Shown piece by piece: positions 21,627 through 31,259 of a stretch of DNA of 64,000 nucleotides (the stretch's first letter is position 1; each line of letters starts with the position of its first letter). The stretch is from an uncultured Chloroflexia bacterium (GTDB lineage: Bacteria > Chloroflexota > Limnocylindria > Limnocylindrales > CSP1-4). Under the pieces are notes generated by a model. It did no database searches. It saw nothing but the letters and a program-made list of their open reading frames with translations, and was not told where the DNA came from. The translations under genes and the position numbers were made by a program. Location: contig CAWEZH010000002.1 in assembly GCA_963813535.1 (NCBI GenBank), forward strand, positions 928,001 to 992,000. The letters are read 5' to 3'.

Positions 21627-21662
21627 ATCACGTCCGATCCGCGCCGATAGCATGCGTGGGAC

Positions 21663-22496
21663 ATGACCGAACCGCTGGGCGCGCGCCTCCGATTGACCGT
21701 GCTCGGTTGCAGCACGGCCGCTCCGCATCCCGCCACGCCGACGGCCGGGTTCCTGGTCGAGTGGGGCTCGACGGCGGTGCTGCTGGACTGCGGCCAGGGC
21801 GTGATCCGGAACCTGCAGAAGGTGCTCGAACCGCACGATCTGTCTGCGATCGTGATCGGCCATATGCATGCCGACCACTACCTGGACATCGTCGGCCTCC
21901 GCTACCTCTACCCGTGGGGCGAGCGTGCGCCCGACCCGCTGCCGATCCACCTGCCGCCGGGCGGGCGCGCACGACTGGATGCGCTCGCGACCGCGGTGAG
22001 CGAGCGAGCCGGCTTCTTCGACGCGGCGTTCGACGCGATCGAGTACGACCCCGACAGCACCATCGACGTCGGTGAGCTGCGGCTGCGCTTCGTCCGTGGC
22101 CGCCACTACGTCCCGGCATGGGGCGTGGTCATCGATGCGCCCGACGGGTCCCGACTGGCGTACACGGGCGACACGGGGCCGTCCGCCTCGGTCGAGGAGC
22201 GCGTGCGCGATGCCGACCTGCTGCTCGTCGAGAGTGCGCTCGGGCTGGCGGCCCACGACGATGCGGAACGCGGCCATCTCACGCCGGAGGAGGCCATCGA
22301 GCTCGCCCGGAGAGCGAATGCTCGCAGGGCGATCCTGGTCCACTACGGACCGGCCCGAAAGGCGGAAATGGATGCGATGTGCGCTGCCGCCGGTCCGTGG
22401 GTCCGCACAGCCGTGGACGGGCTGACCGTGACCGTCCGGCCGTCGTCGGCCCCGCGGATCGCGGCCCAGCCGAACTCGAACCGGGCCTCGGCCTAG
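21663..22496 (+). CDS. MBL-fold metallo-hydrolase (RNase Z / cNMP phosphodiesterase-like)
   Basis: Motifs LTVLGC, LLDCG, HMHADH, YTGDT, HLTP and LVH. Confidence 0.88.
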   Translation: MTEPLGARLRLTVLGCSTAAPHPATPTAGFLVEWGSTAVLLDCGQGVIRNLQKVLEPHDLSAIVIGHMHADHYLDIVGLRYLYPWGERAPDPLPIHLPPGGRARLDALATAVSERAGFFDAAFDAIEYDPDSTIDVGELRLRFVRGRHYVPAWGVVIDAPDGSRLAYTGDTGPSASVEERVRDADLLLVESALGLAAHDDAERGHLTPEEAIELARRANARRAILVHYGPARKAEMDAMCAAAGPWVRTAVDGLTVTVRPSSAPRIAAQPNSNRASA

Positions 22497-24664
22497 GGCG
22501 CTCCCCCGCCAGGGACCGCACCCGCCGTCGCGGTCTCCCGAAGCGCAGCCAATGTCGCCGACGCCGCATCCGCGTGCGTACGGTCGACGGCCGCACCCTC
22601 GGGATCATCGGCCTCCGCAAGTTCGGCGGCCTGGCGCCAGAACGCTGCCGCCTCGGCGACCGCACCGAGCGCGATGGCGCTCTCGGCCGCTTCTCGGAGC
22701 AGCGGGACGGCACGGGAGGCATCGCCGGCCGCGACCCGATGCGCCGCGATCTGACCGGGACTGCCGGCGGGTAGGGTCTGCTCCAGCCGATCGGCGAGCA
22801 GCCCATGGAGGACGCGTCGGCGACTGGCGAGGAGGCCGGCGTACGCGGCGTCATGGATCAACGTGTGGGCGAATCGCCAGCGTTCATCGTCCTGTGGCAG
22901 CACCAGCGCACTACCCGCGAGCTGGTCGAAGACCTCCGGCTCGAGCGGGCGATCGAGCAGATCCTCGACCGTCGCCGGCCGGAACGAGATGCCGATGACC
23001 GACGCCACGCCGAGCACCTCCCGGGCGCCCGGCGGGAGGGCATCGATACGCGCGCCGAGCACCGCACGCAACGTGATGGGCACGCGAGTCCCGCCCGTGC
23101 CCGTCATCGCCACCAGCCCATCGCGCCACTGGAGCGTCCCGTCCTCGAGGAACGCCCGCACGGTCTCCCCGACGAACAGCGGGTTCCCGCCGGTCCGCTC
23201 GTGGATGCTTCGGGCCCCGTGGGCGTCCAGGGCTGCCCGCGCGACGATCGTCGCCAGCTTGCCGGTGTCCGGTTCGTCGAGACCCGCGAGCGTGAGGCGG
23301 GTCGCCTCGGGGCGCGACGCCCACTCCGGCAGCGATCCGGGCCGAGCCGCCGCCAGCACGACGACCGGGTGGCTCCGTGTCCGGCCGACCACGAGGTCGA
23401 CCATGCCGATACTCGACGGGTCCAGCCACTGCAGGTCGTCGATGACGATCACGCGGGGCCCACTCATCTCGAGCAGCCGATCGAGATACTGGGCCGCGAC
23501 CTCCATCAGGGCGGCACCGACCTCCGCCGGGTCGCTCGGCATGTCGGCCGCCTCGGCCTCCCAACCGGTGAACGAGGCGTCCCTGGCGATCGCCGCGATG
23601 GCACCGCCGAACCGGCGGCGGTTCTCGGGGGACAGGTCGTCGGTGAAGAGGAAGCGTCGGACCAACGTTCCCGAGTCGACCCCATGCTCGTCGGCGACGA
23701 CCTGGGCGAACCGACGCGCCCAGCGGTACGGCTCGCCACGGGCATACGACACGTTCTCCGTCCACGACCAGGCGAATCCTGCGGTCCGTGCAGATGCCTC
23801 CACAGCGGCGAGCAGCCGGGACTTGCCGACGCCGGCCTCGCCCTCGATGACGACCACACCGCCACGGCCGGTCCGGCGCGCGGCGTCCAGCGTCCTGCCG
23901 ATGACGCCGAGCTCTCCCGTACGGCCGACCAGCGGGCCACGGCTGCCAGCCTGGTACGGGATCCACGGACCCTCACCGGCCTCGCCGCGCAGGCCGTGGA
24001 GCTCGACCGCCGTCGACTGGCCGCGGAGGACGACGGCCCCGCGCGGGTCGGTCGCGAGGCGTCCACGCGAGGCGCGCATGGTCGCGTCGTCGAGAAGGAT
24101 CTCGCCCGGCCTGGCCATCGACTGGATCCGCGCCGCCGTCGTGATGGCCACGCCGGTCAACCGCAGGTCGGCATCCGGGGCGACGCTCGCCGACCCAGCC
24201 ACGACCTCGCCCGTTGCGATCCCGATCCGGACGTCGAGTGGCTCGGCACCGGCCGCAGCTTCGTGGAGTCCGGCTCGGATGGCGAGGGCGGCCAGCGCCG
24301 CGCGAACGGCGTCGTCGTCATGCGCTCGGGGCCAGCCGAACACGGCGAAGACAGCGTCACCGATGAACTTCTCGCGCGTCCCGTCGAACCGCTCGATCGC
24401 CGCGGCCATCGTGGCCAGGGCCTCGGTCACGCGGGCGCGGACATCCTCCGGGTCGTGCTCTGCGAGCATGCGGACGTAGTCGACCAGGTCGGCGAACAGT
24501 GCGGTGACGACACGTCGATCACCACTTGCACCGGCCTCGGTGAGCTGCCGCCCGTCTGGCGCAGGTTCGACGGCATCGGCCTGTGGACCGTCGAGCGCGG
24601 CACCGCAACGGTCGCAGAACCGCGCGTCCTGTGCCGCGACCGCCTCGCACGACGGACACCGCAC
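22493..24664 (-). CDS. Zinc ribbon + class III nucleotidyl cyclase + AAA/STAND ATPase
   Basis: CPSC...CDRC, ALFADLV, KFIGDAV, RIGIATGEV, Walker A GEAGVGKS, Walker B IDDLQW and GGNPLF. Confidence 0.9.
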   Translation of the reverse strand: MRCPSCEAVAAQDARFCDRCGAALDGPQADAVEPAPDGRQLTEAGASGDRRVVTALFADLVDYVRMLAEHDPEDVRARVTEALATMAAAIERFDGTREKFIGDAVFAVFGWPRAHDDDAVRAALAALAIRAGLHEAAAGAEPLDVRIGIATGEVVAGSASVAPDADLRLTGVAITTAARIQSMARPGEILLDDATMRASRGRLATDPRGAVVLRGQSTAVELHGLRGEAGEGPWIPYQAGSRGPLVGRTGELGVIGRTLDAARRTGRGGVVVIEGEAGVGKSRLLAAVEASARTAGFAWSWTENVSYARGEPYRWARRFAQVVADEHGVDSGTLVRRFLFTDDLSPENRRRFGGAIAAIARDASFTGWEAEAADMPSDPAEVGAALMEVAAQYLDRLLEMSGPRVIVIDDLQWLDPSSIGMVDLVVGRTRSHPVVVLAAARPGSLPEWASRPEATRLTLAGLDEPDTGKLATIVARAALDAHGARSIHERTGGNPLFVGETVRAFLEDGTLQWRDGLVAMTGTGGTRVPITLRAVLGARIDALPPGAREVLGVASVIGISFRPATVEDLLDRPLEPEVFDQLAGSALVLPQDDERWRFAHTLIHDAAYAGLLASRRRVLHGLLADRLEQTLPAGSPGQIAAHRVAAGDASRAVPLLREAAESAIALGAVAEAAAFWRQAAELAEADDPEGAAVDRTHADAASATLAALRETATAGAVPGGGAP

Positions 24665-24677
24665 GTCGTGCGCGACC

Positions 24678-25757
24678 TCAGGAGATGGTCAGCAGCGGTC
24701 GCGATTCGGCCGCTGCAGCGCGGACGCTCATCCTGGCCGCGACCGTCTGCGCCACCGCGGTCAAGGCACGCGCGGCCGGTCCCGGCTCGCGCTGGGCGAC
24801 CGCCGGCACGCCGACGTCGCCGCCCTGACGGACGGTGATATCGAGCGGCACGCCGCCGAGGTACTCGAGGCCGTGCTGGGCCGCGAATCGCTCGCCGCCG
24901 CCGCGTCCGAAGATCTCGGTCATCTCCCCGCAATGCGGGCACGCGAATGCGGTCATGTTCTCGACGAGGCCGAGGACCGGGACGTTCATCCGCTGGAACA
25001 TCGCCAGGGCCTTGCCCACGTCGCTCAGGCTGACCTCCTGCGGGGTCGTCACGAGCACCGCGCCGGAGATCGGCACGGCCTGGGCGAGGGTCAGCTGGGC
25101 GTCCGACGTGCCCGGCGGCAGGTCGATGACGAGGTAGTCGAGCTCGCCCCAATCGACGTCTCGCAGGAACTGCTGGATCGCGCCCCCGACGAGCGGTCCG
25201 CGCCAGACGATCGGCTGCCCCTCGGGCACGAAGAACTGGATCGAGATGGTCTTGACGCCGTGGCGCTCGAGCGGGGTGATCTTGTTGTTCGCGCTGGCCT
25301 TCGGCTGGCCTTCCACGCCGAGCATCTGCGGGATATTCGGGCCGGTGATGTCCGCGTCGAGCAGGCCTACCGTCGCGCCGGCCTGTGCCAGCGCGACCGC
25401 CAGGTTGACGCTGACCGTCGACTTGCCGACCCCGCCCTTGCCGGACGCGACCGCGACGATGTTCTTGACGCCCGGGACCAGCTGCTCGGCCTGGCGGGGC
25501 TGGGCGCGGCGGACCATCGCTCCCCAGGTGATGTCCACATCGGTCGCGCCGAGATCGGTCAGCACCATCCGGGCGTTGGATTCGATCTCATCCTTGAGCG
25601 GGCACGCCGGCGTCGTGAGCTCGATCGTGAACGCGACGCGTGTCTCCTCGATCGCGATGGACTTGACCATCTCGAGCGTGACGATGTCCCGTCCGAGCTC
25701 AGGCTCCTGCACGTTGCGCAGTGCATCGAGCACGGCGCCTTCGGTGATCACGGTCAT
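24678..25757 (-). CDS. mrp: Mrp/ApbC (NBP35) Fe-S cluster carrier ATPase with N-terminal DUF59-like domain
   Basis: Motifs VQEPELGRDIV...LTTPACPL, SGKGGVGKS, DLPPGT and CPHC. Confidence 0.93.
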   Translation of the reverse strand: MTVITEGAVLDALRNVQEPELGRDIVTLEMVKSIAIEETRVAFTIELTTPACPLKDEIESNARMVLTDLGATDVDITWGAMVRRAQPRQAEQLVPGVKNIVAVASGKGGVGKSTVSVNLAVALAQAGATVGLLDADITGPNIPQMLGVEGQPKASANNKITPLERHGVKTISIQFFVPEGQPIVWRGPLVGGAIQQFLRDVDWGELDYLVIDLPPGTSDAQLTLAQAVPISGAVLVTTPQEVSLSDVGKALAMFQRMNVPVLGLVENMTAFACPHCGEMTEIFGRGGGERFAAQHGLEYLGGVPLDITVRQGGDVGVPAVAQREPGPAARALTAVAQTVAARMSVRAAAAESRPLLTIS

Positions 25758-25850
25758 GCGACGGGTGGGCCCTCGTTCTGTCACGGGAAGTGTCGGAATA
25801 CATCGTACCTCCCTTCGCGAGAGAGCCCGCCCACCGGGATCGCGACCGGT

Positions 25851-26837
25851 CTACACGCGAACGAACTTCTGGACGCCGCGACTTCCGCGGTCGAGGCCGA
25901 TCCACGACTCCGCCGCGTCAGCCACGTAGAAGCTGCCCTCCGAATCCACGCCGATGCCATGGGGCGCGCAGAACATCCCCGGACCGGGCTCGTTCATGAC
26001 CCGCCCGCGCACCATCGGGTCACGTGACGGCGCCGACGCGAGAGCGAGCGGGACACCGCCGGTCTTGAAGTCGTCCACGACCACGCCGTCACCCCAGCGC
26101 GCGAGGACCGTGCCGTCTCGATCGAGCACGGTCACCCGGTGCGACAGCTCGGCGACGTAGAACGTGCCGTCGGGGGCCTTGCGGACGCTCTGCGGCAGAC
26201 GCAGGCCCGTCCATTCACCGAGGAACTCGCCAGCCAGGTCGAAGTATTGGACGCGGTTGTTGTAGCGATCCGCGGCGTACAGGCGCTCGTCGGCCGGGTC
26301 GATGAACACGCTATGGACGGTATTGAACTCGCCCGGACCGTGACCCGACGAGCCCCATGAGAACTTGTGCTCCCCATCCGCGCTGAAGCAGTGGATGCGC
26401 GCGTTGCCGTAGCCGTCGCTGACGTAGATGTCGCCGTTCGGGGCGGCCGTGGCGTGCGTCGGGCGGTTGAACGGCTTGCCACTGAAGGCCGGGGCGTTCT
26501 GGTGGGGACTCCCTAGCGTCAGGACGTGCTTGCCGTCCTTGGTGAACTTGCGGATCGAGTGGTCGCGGCTGTCGGCGGTATACACGAAGCCGTCGGGCGC
26601 GACGCTCAGGCCATGCGGGAACGTGAAGTAGTGCTCCCCGCCCATCTCGCCCCAGGCGTCCAGGAATCGACCGTCCTTGTCGAAGATCATCACCGGGTGG
26701 CTGCCCCGGTTGAAGACGTAGACGTTGTCGTCGGGATCGATGCCGACGTCGGCCACTTCGACGAACGTCCAACCCTTCGGACGCCTGAAGAATCCGTCGA
26801 CGACCTCGTACCGATCGCGACCGATCTCACCCTCCAT
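25851..26837 (-). CDS. NHL-repeat beta-propeller (peptidyl-alpha-hydroxyglycine lyase-like)
   Basis: Repeats such as PHGLSV, YVSDGYGNARI, ADRYNNRVQ and PHGIGVD. GAGGAGG SD. Confidence 0.88.
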   Translation of the reverse strand: MEGEIGRDRYEVVDGFFRRPKGWTFVEVADVGIDPDDNVYVFNRGSHPVMIFDKDGRFLDAWGEMGGEHYFTFPHGLSVAPDGFVYTADSRDHSIRKFTKDGKHVLTLGSPHQNAPAFSGKPFNRPTHATAAPNGDIYVSDGYGNARIHCFSADGEHKFSWGSSGHGPGEFNTVHSVFIDPADERLYAADRYNNRVQYFDLAGEFLGEWTGLRLPQSVRKAPDGTFYVAELSHRVTVLDRDGTVLARWGDGVVVDDFKTGGVPLALASAPSRDPMVRGRVMNEPGPGMFCAPHGIGVDSEGSFYVADAAESWIGLDRGSRGVQKFVRV

Positions 26838-27038
26838 GACTACCTCCTCGAAAGCGCCCTGCGCGGATGTTCATCCCACCCATACACTCCCCAAGTACGC
26901 CTGACCATCACTAAGCGTTAGCGACACGGTGCGCGGTCGCAACGGGACTATCGGTGGGTTAACGCCCGGACCATTGACAGCGTTCGAGCGGTACCGCTGT
27001 ATACGGAGTATTCCGTCGGATCTAGGGGGGACCTCGAC

Positions 27039-28805
27039 ATCGCTACTCCAGCCGCTGCTATCGCCTCGTCCGCAGCCACCAATGTCGGCATCGCGGAAGG
27101 CACCGCCACCATCAAGGCGGCCGCCGCCATCGCGCTTGAGATGCAGGCTCTCGGAGTCGAGCATTTCTTCTTGATGACCGGTCGCGACAATGGCCTCTGG
27201 ATCGCCCTCGAGGAGGTGGGGATCCGCCAGGTGCTCGCCCGGAGCGAGGCTGCCGCGGTCTATATGGCCGATGGCTACGCCCGCCTCCGCGGCACGCCGA
27301 CCTTCGTGTACGGACCGTACGGCCCGGGCGCCGCCAACGTCGCCGGCGGTCTGGCCGAGCCGTTCTGGGCCGGTAGTCCCGTGGTCGCCCTGGTATCGGC
27401 CATGCGCCGATCCGATCGGTACCGCAGGGAGTACCAGGAGCTCGAGCAGCAGCCGCTGTTCGCATCGGTCACCAAGTGGGGCATCGAGGCGTCCGTCGTG
27501 AACCACGTGCCGCGCCTCGTGCGCGAGGCGGCACGGCACGCGATCGCCGGCGCCCCGGGTCCCGTGTATATCGGCATCCCGAACGACCTCTTCGAGGAGG
27601 ACCTTCCGGGATACAACGGCCCCGCGCCGCTCGACCACGTCTTCGAGGTGCCGTTCGCGCGCCCCGCACCGACCGCAGCCGACGCTGAAGCCGTCGTGCG
27701 TGCGCTCACCACTGCTGAGCGCCCGATCATCCTCGCGGGTGGCGGCATCCACCAGTCCTCGGCCTACGACGCCCTCCGGCAGGTCGCCGAGCGCCTTGGG
27801 ATCCCGGTCGCGACCAGCAACTCGGGCAAGGGCAGCATCGCCGAGACCCACGACCTCGCCCTCGGCAGCGTCGGACGCTACTCGCGCAACTATGCGAACG
27901 CCGCATTGCGCGACGCCGACGTCATCCTGGCGGTCGGGACCGCGCTCGGTGGCATGGTCACCGACTCATACCGACTGATCAGCAAGGGCACGCGGATCAT
28001 CCACGTGTCGATCGATCCCGATGTCATCGGGATGAACTTCCCGACCGAGCTCGGCTTGGTCGCCGACGCCAGGACGTTCCTCGAGGCCGTCTATGACGCG
28101 TGCGTCCGTCTCGAGGCACTCCCGTCGACGGCCGCGATGGAGTCCTCGCGGAACCTTGCCTCCGAGCGCGCCGAGTGGCGCGAGCGGCGGGCGGGTCTGG
28201 CGGCCCAGAACGGCCTCGACGGTGGTCCGATGCGACCCGAGGCGATCATGGCCATGCTCGATGCCCGCCTCGCGGACGATGCGGTCCTCGTCGCGGACAC
28301 CGGCTACTCGTCGGCCTGGGCAGGCGCCCTGGCCGAGGTGAAGCAGGCAGGCCGCCACTTCATGCGGGCCGATGGGTCACTCGGCTGGGCATTCCCGGCC
28401 GCCCTGGGCGCGCAGCTCGCGGCACCGGACCGGCAGGTCGTCTGCATCACCGGTGACGGTGGCTTCGGCTATCACATCGGCGATATCGAGACCGCCATCC
28501 GCCAGCAGCTTCCGGTCATCGTGGTGATCCTCAACAACCAGACGCTGGCGTTCGAGGAGCACGTGCAGGAGCTGCTGTACGGCAAGGTCGTCCCGTCGGT
28601 CAACGAGTTCGTGGACGTCAACTACGGCGCCATCGCCCGGGCATTCGGGGCGAGCGGGTTCCGGGTGGCGAACGTGGAGGACTTCGAGCAGGCGCTCATC
28701 CATGGCCTCAAGCGCAACGGCCCGACGATCATCGACGCAGTCATCGACCGCGACGCGATCGCACCGGTCACCCGCTACGACCGCGTCCGAATCCGCGAAC
28801 TATGA
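27039..28805 (+). CDS. Thiamine pyrophosphate-dependent enzyme (acetolactate synthase-like); start uncertain
   Basis: Motifs RSEAAAVYMADGYAR, GPGAAN and GDGGF...NN (TPP motif). The conserved first helix lies upstream of the first ATG (27141). Confidence 0.88.
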   Translation: MATPAAAIASSAATNVGIAEGTATIKAAAAIALEMQALGVEHFFLMTGRDNGLWIALEEVGIRQVLARSEAAAVYMADGYARLRGTPTFVYGPYGPGAANVAGGLAEPFWAGSPVVALVSAMRRSDRYRREYQELEQQPLFASVTKWGIEASVVNHVPRLVREAARHAIAGAPGPVYIGIPNDLFEEDLPGYNGPAPLDHVFEVPFARPAPTAADAEAVVRALTTAERPIILAGGGIHQSSAYDALRQVAERLGIPVATSNSGKGSIAETHDLALGSVGRYSRNYANAALRDADVILAVGTALGGMVTDSYRLISKGTRIIHVSIDPDVIGMNFPTELGLVADARTFLEAVYDACVRLEALPSTAAMESSRNLASERAEWRERRAGLAAQNGLDGGPMRPEAIMAMLDARLADDAVLVADTGYSSAWAGALAEVKQAGRHFMRADGSLGWAFPAALGAQLAAPDRQVVCITGDGGFGYHIGDIETAIRQQLPVIVVILNNQTLAFEEHVQELLYGKVVPSVNEFVDVNYGAIARAFGASGFRVANVEDFEQALIHGLKRNGPTIIDAVIDRDAIAPVTRYDRVRIREL

Positions 28806-29821
28806 CCACCACTGCCGCGCGGATCGACGGCCCCGGCCTGCCGGAGGCCGATCCGGCGCTACCTGACATCGACACGGTCCGGGAACTCGCCCAGCGCTAC
28901 TCCAATTGGGGGCGCTGGGGGCCCGACGATGAGCTCGGGACGCTGAACCTCATCAGCCCGAGCGACGTCGTCGCGGCCTCCGGCCTGGTCCGTTCCGGTC
29001 GCACGTTCTCGCTGGCCATCCCGGTCGACGAGAACGGGCCGCAGTCGGGCGGGTTCGGGCGTTTCAATCCGATCCATCTGATGATCCGCGACGGGAACGC
29101 GGCCGCGACCGGGACCGTCGTCCGTGACTTCTACGGCGGCCGGGACCGCTACATCCGCGGCACGGACGACCTGCTGATCCTGCCGCTCCAGTCCGGGACG
29201 CAATGGGACGCGCTGGCACACATCGTGTTCGACGGCCGCATCTACAACGGCTACGACGCGACGGATGTCGGCAGCAAGGGTGCGATCCGCAACGACATCG
29301 CCAAGATGCGCGACCGCGTCATCGGGCGGGGCGTGCTCCTCGATATCCCGCGCAGCAAGGGCCGGCCGTGGCTCGATCCCGGTGAACCGATCCATGCAGC
29401 CGACCTCGATGCCTGCGCTCGAGCGCAAGGGGTCGAGATCGGGCGCGGGGACATCGTGCTCATCCGGACCGGACAGATGGCCCAGTGCCGCGCCGAGGGC
29501 GCGTGGGGTGCCTATGCCGGCGGCGCTGCCCCCGGGCTGGCGCTCGACACCGTCGGCTGGATCCACGACCGCGACATCGCGGCCATCGCGAGCGATACGT
29601 GGGGCGCCGAGGTCCTGCCGAACGAGACCCTCGACGTCTTCCAACCGCTCCACATCATCCTCATCGTGCACATGGGTCTGCTCGTCGGCGAGATCTTCGA
29701 TCTCGAGGGGCTCGCGACCGATTGCGCCGAGGACGGGCGGTACGAGTTCCTCTTCTCGGCACCGCCCCTGCCGATCACCGGCGGGGTGGGCTCGCCCGTG
29801 AACCCGCTCGCCATCAAGTAA
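28802..29821 (+). CDS. Cyclase-family (kynurenine formamidase-like) hydrolase
   Basis: Motifs NWGRWGPDDELGTLN, QSGTQWDALAH, GRGVLLD and GSPVNPLAIK. Confidence 0.9.
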   Translation: MTTTAARIDGPGLPEADPALPDIDTVRELAQRYSNWGRWGPDDELGTLNLISPSDVVAASGLVRSGRTFSLAIPVDENGPQSGGFGRFNPIHLMIRDGNAAATGTVVRDFYGGRDRYIRGTDDLLILPLQSGTQWDALAHIVFDGRIYNGYDATDVGSKGAIRNDIAKMRDRVIGRGVLLDIPRSKGRPWLDPGEPIHAADLDACARAQGVEIGRGDIVLIRTGQMAQCRAEGAWGAYAGGAAPGLALDTVGWIHDRDIAAIASDTWGAEVLPNETLDVFQPLHIILIVHMGLLVGEIFDLEGLATDCAEDGRYEFLFSAPPLPITGGVGSPVNPLAIK

Positions 29822-29828
29822 GGCCGTG

Positions 29829-31079
29829 ATGACCGCCCCCCGGACCCAGGAACCCGTACTCATCTTCGGGCCGCACATCGCGGCACTCGGCGTGCTGCGC
29901 GTGCTCGCTCGCCGTCGCATCCCGACGTTCGTCGTGGATGACACGACGAACGTGATCACGCGGTCGCGCTGGTATCGGCCCGCCGAGCGGACCCTGGCGG
30001 AAACGTCCGACCCGGCGACGCTGGCGGCCTACCTTCGATCGTTGGACCTGCCCGGTGCGGTCCTCATCGCCTGCAGCGACCAGTGGGCGCTCGCGGTCGC
30101 GGGCCTCCCGGAGGACCTCCGACAGCGGTTCCCGACGAGCCTCGCACCACACGCCGCCATCGAGCAGTTCGTCGACAAGGACCGGTTCCAGGCCCTGGTC
30201 GATCGGCTGGACATCCCTCGGCCGCGCACCATGCCGATCCACCATCCGGGGGATCTGGCGCACGCGACCGACGAGGACCTCGCCAACGGTTTCCTGAAGC
30301 CGACCGAGTCGCAGGCGCACAACCGCCGGTTCAAGACGAAGGGCTTCTTCGTCGAGTCGCGCGAGGAGGCTCGCCGCCTCGTCGACGAGGCTGCCGAGGC
30401 CGGCGTCACCTTCATGCTCCAGGAGTACATCCCAGGCGACTCGTCGAAGACGTTCCTCATCGACGGGTTCGTCGACCGCGACGGGACCATCAGCGCGATG
30501 GTGGCGCGGCGACGAGTGCGGATGGATCCGCCACGGCTTGCCAACACCTGCTCGGACGTCACGATCCCGCTCGCGGACGTCGAGGCGTGCCTGCCGTCGC
30601 TGCGGACCTTGCTCGAGGCGACCGATTACCGCGGCATCTTCAACGTCGAGTTCAAGCTCGACGAGCGCGATGGCCGGTTCAAGATCATCGAGCTCAACCC
30701 GCGGCCGTTCTGGCTGATCGGCCACATCGAGCGGGCCGGCGTCGACCTCCCGTGGCTGAGCTACCTCGACGCCCAGGGACTGCCGGTCCCGACGCCGCCG
30801 TCCTACCAGGTCGGGCGCTACGGGATGTACGAGATCCCCGACGCGACGGCCATCGGCCGGGCCATCGTCTCGCGCCGCCGACCGGAAGGTCCGATCCTCA
30901 AGCCCTGGCTGCGGGGCGACAAGGCGCTGTTCTGGTTCCGCGATCCGCTGCCTGCCGTCGAGGGGCTCGGCCAGATCGCCGGGAAGCGGCTCGGCCACGT
31001 CGTCGACCGGTTCCGGCGGGGCGCTGTGTCCGTGCCGGACACCACCGATCCCACGAACCACGCGGTGTCGGCTCGCTGA
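29829..31079 (+). CDS. ATP-grasp carboxylate-amine ligase (D-aspartate ligase-like)
   Basis: Motifs FVDKDRF, LKP, LQEYIPG and NVEFKLDERDGRFKIIELNPR. Confidence 0.85.
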   Translation: MTAPRTQEPVLIFGPHIAALGVLRVLARRRIPTFVVDDTTNVITRSRWYRPAERTLAETSDPATLAAYLRSLDLPGAVLIACSDQWALAVAGLPEDLRQRFPTSLAPHAAIEQFVDKDRFQALVDRLDIPRPRTMPIHHPGDLAHATDEDLANGFLKPTESQAHNRRFKTKGFFVESREEARRLVDEAAEAGVTFMLQEYIPGDSSKTFLIDGFVDRDGTISAMVARRRVRMDPPRLANTCSDVTIPLADVEACLPSLRTLLEATDYRGIFNVEFKLDERDGRFKIIELNPRPFWLIGHIERAGVDLPWLSYLDAQGLPVPTPPSYQVGRYGMYEIPDATAIGRAIVSRRRPEGPILKPWLRGDKALFWFRDPLPAVEGLGQIAGKRLGHVVDRFRRGAVSVPDTTDPTNHAVSAR

Positions 31080-31132
31080 GACCCACGAATTCTCGCATGC
31101 GGACCCCGGCCACGGCGCCGGTTCCCGCGTCC

Positions 31133-31162
31133 TTGACACCCTGAACGGGGCGCCCATATCCT
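31133..31162 (+). promoter_or_regulatory. Sigma70-type promoter of the pot-like operon
   Basis: TTGACA, 18-nt spacer, TATCCT. Confidence 0.7.
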
Positions 31163-31259
31163 CGCCCGACCGGCCCCCAGGCGCGCCTGACCGGCACAGT
31201 CGCGGAAACCCGTCCGGCCTGTCCCCCGGACGCCCCTAGCGCCAGGAGTGCTACCGAAC

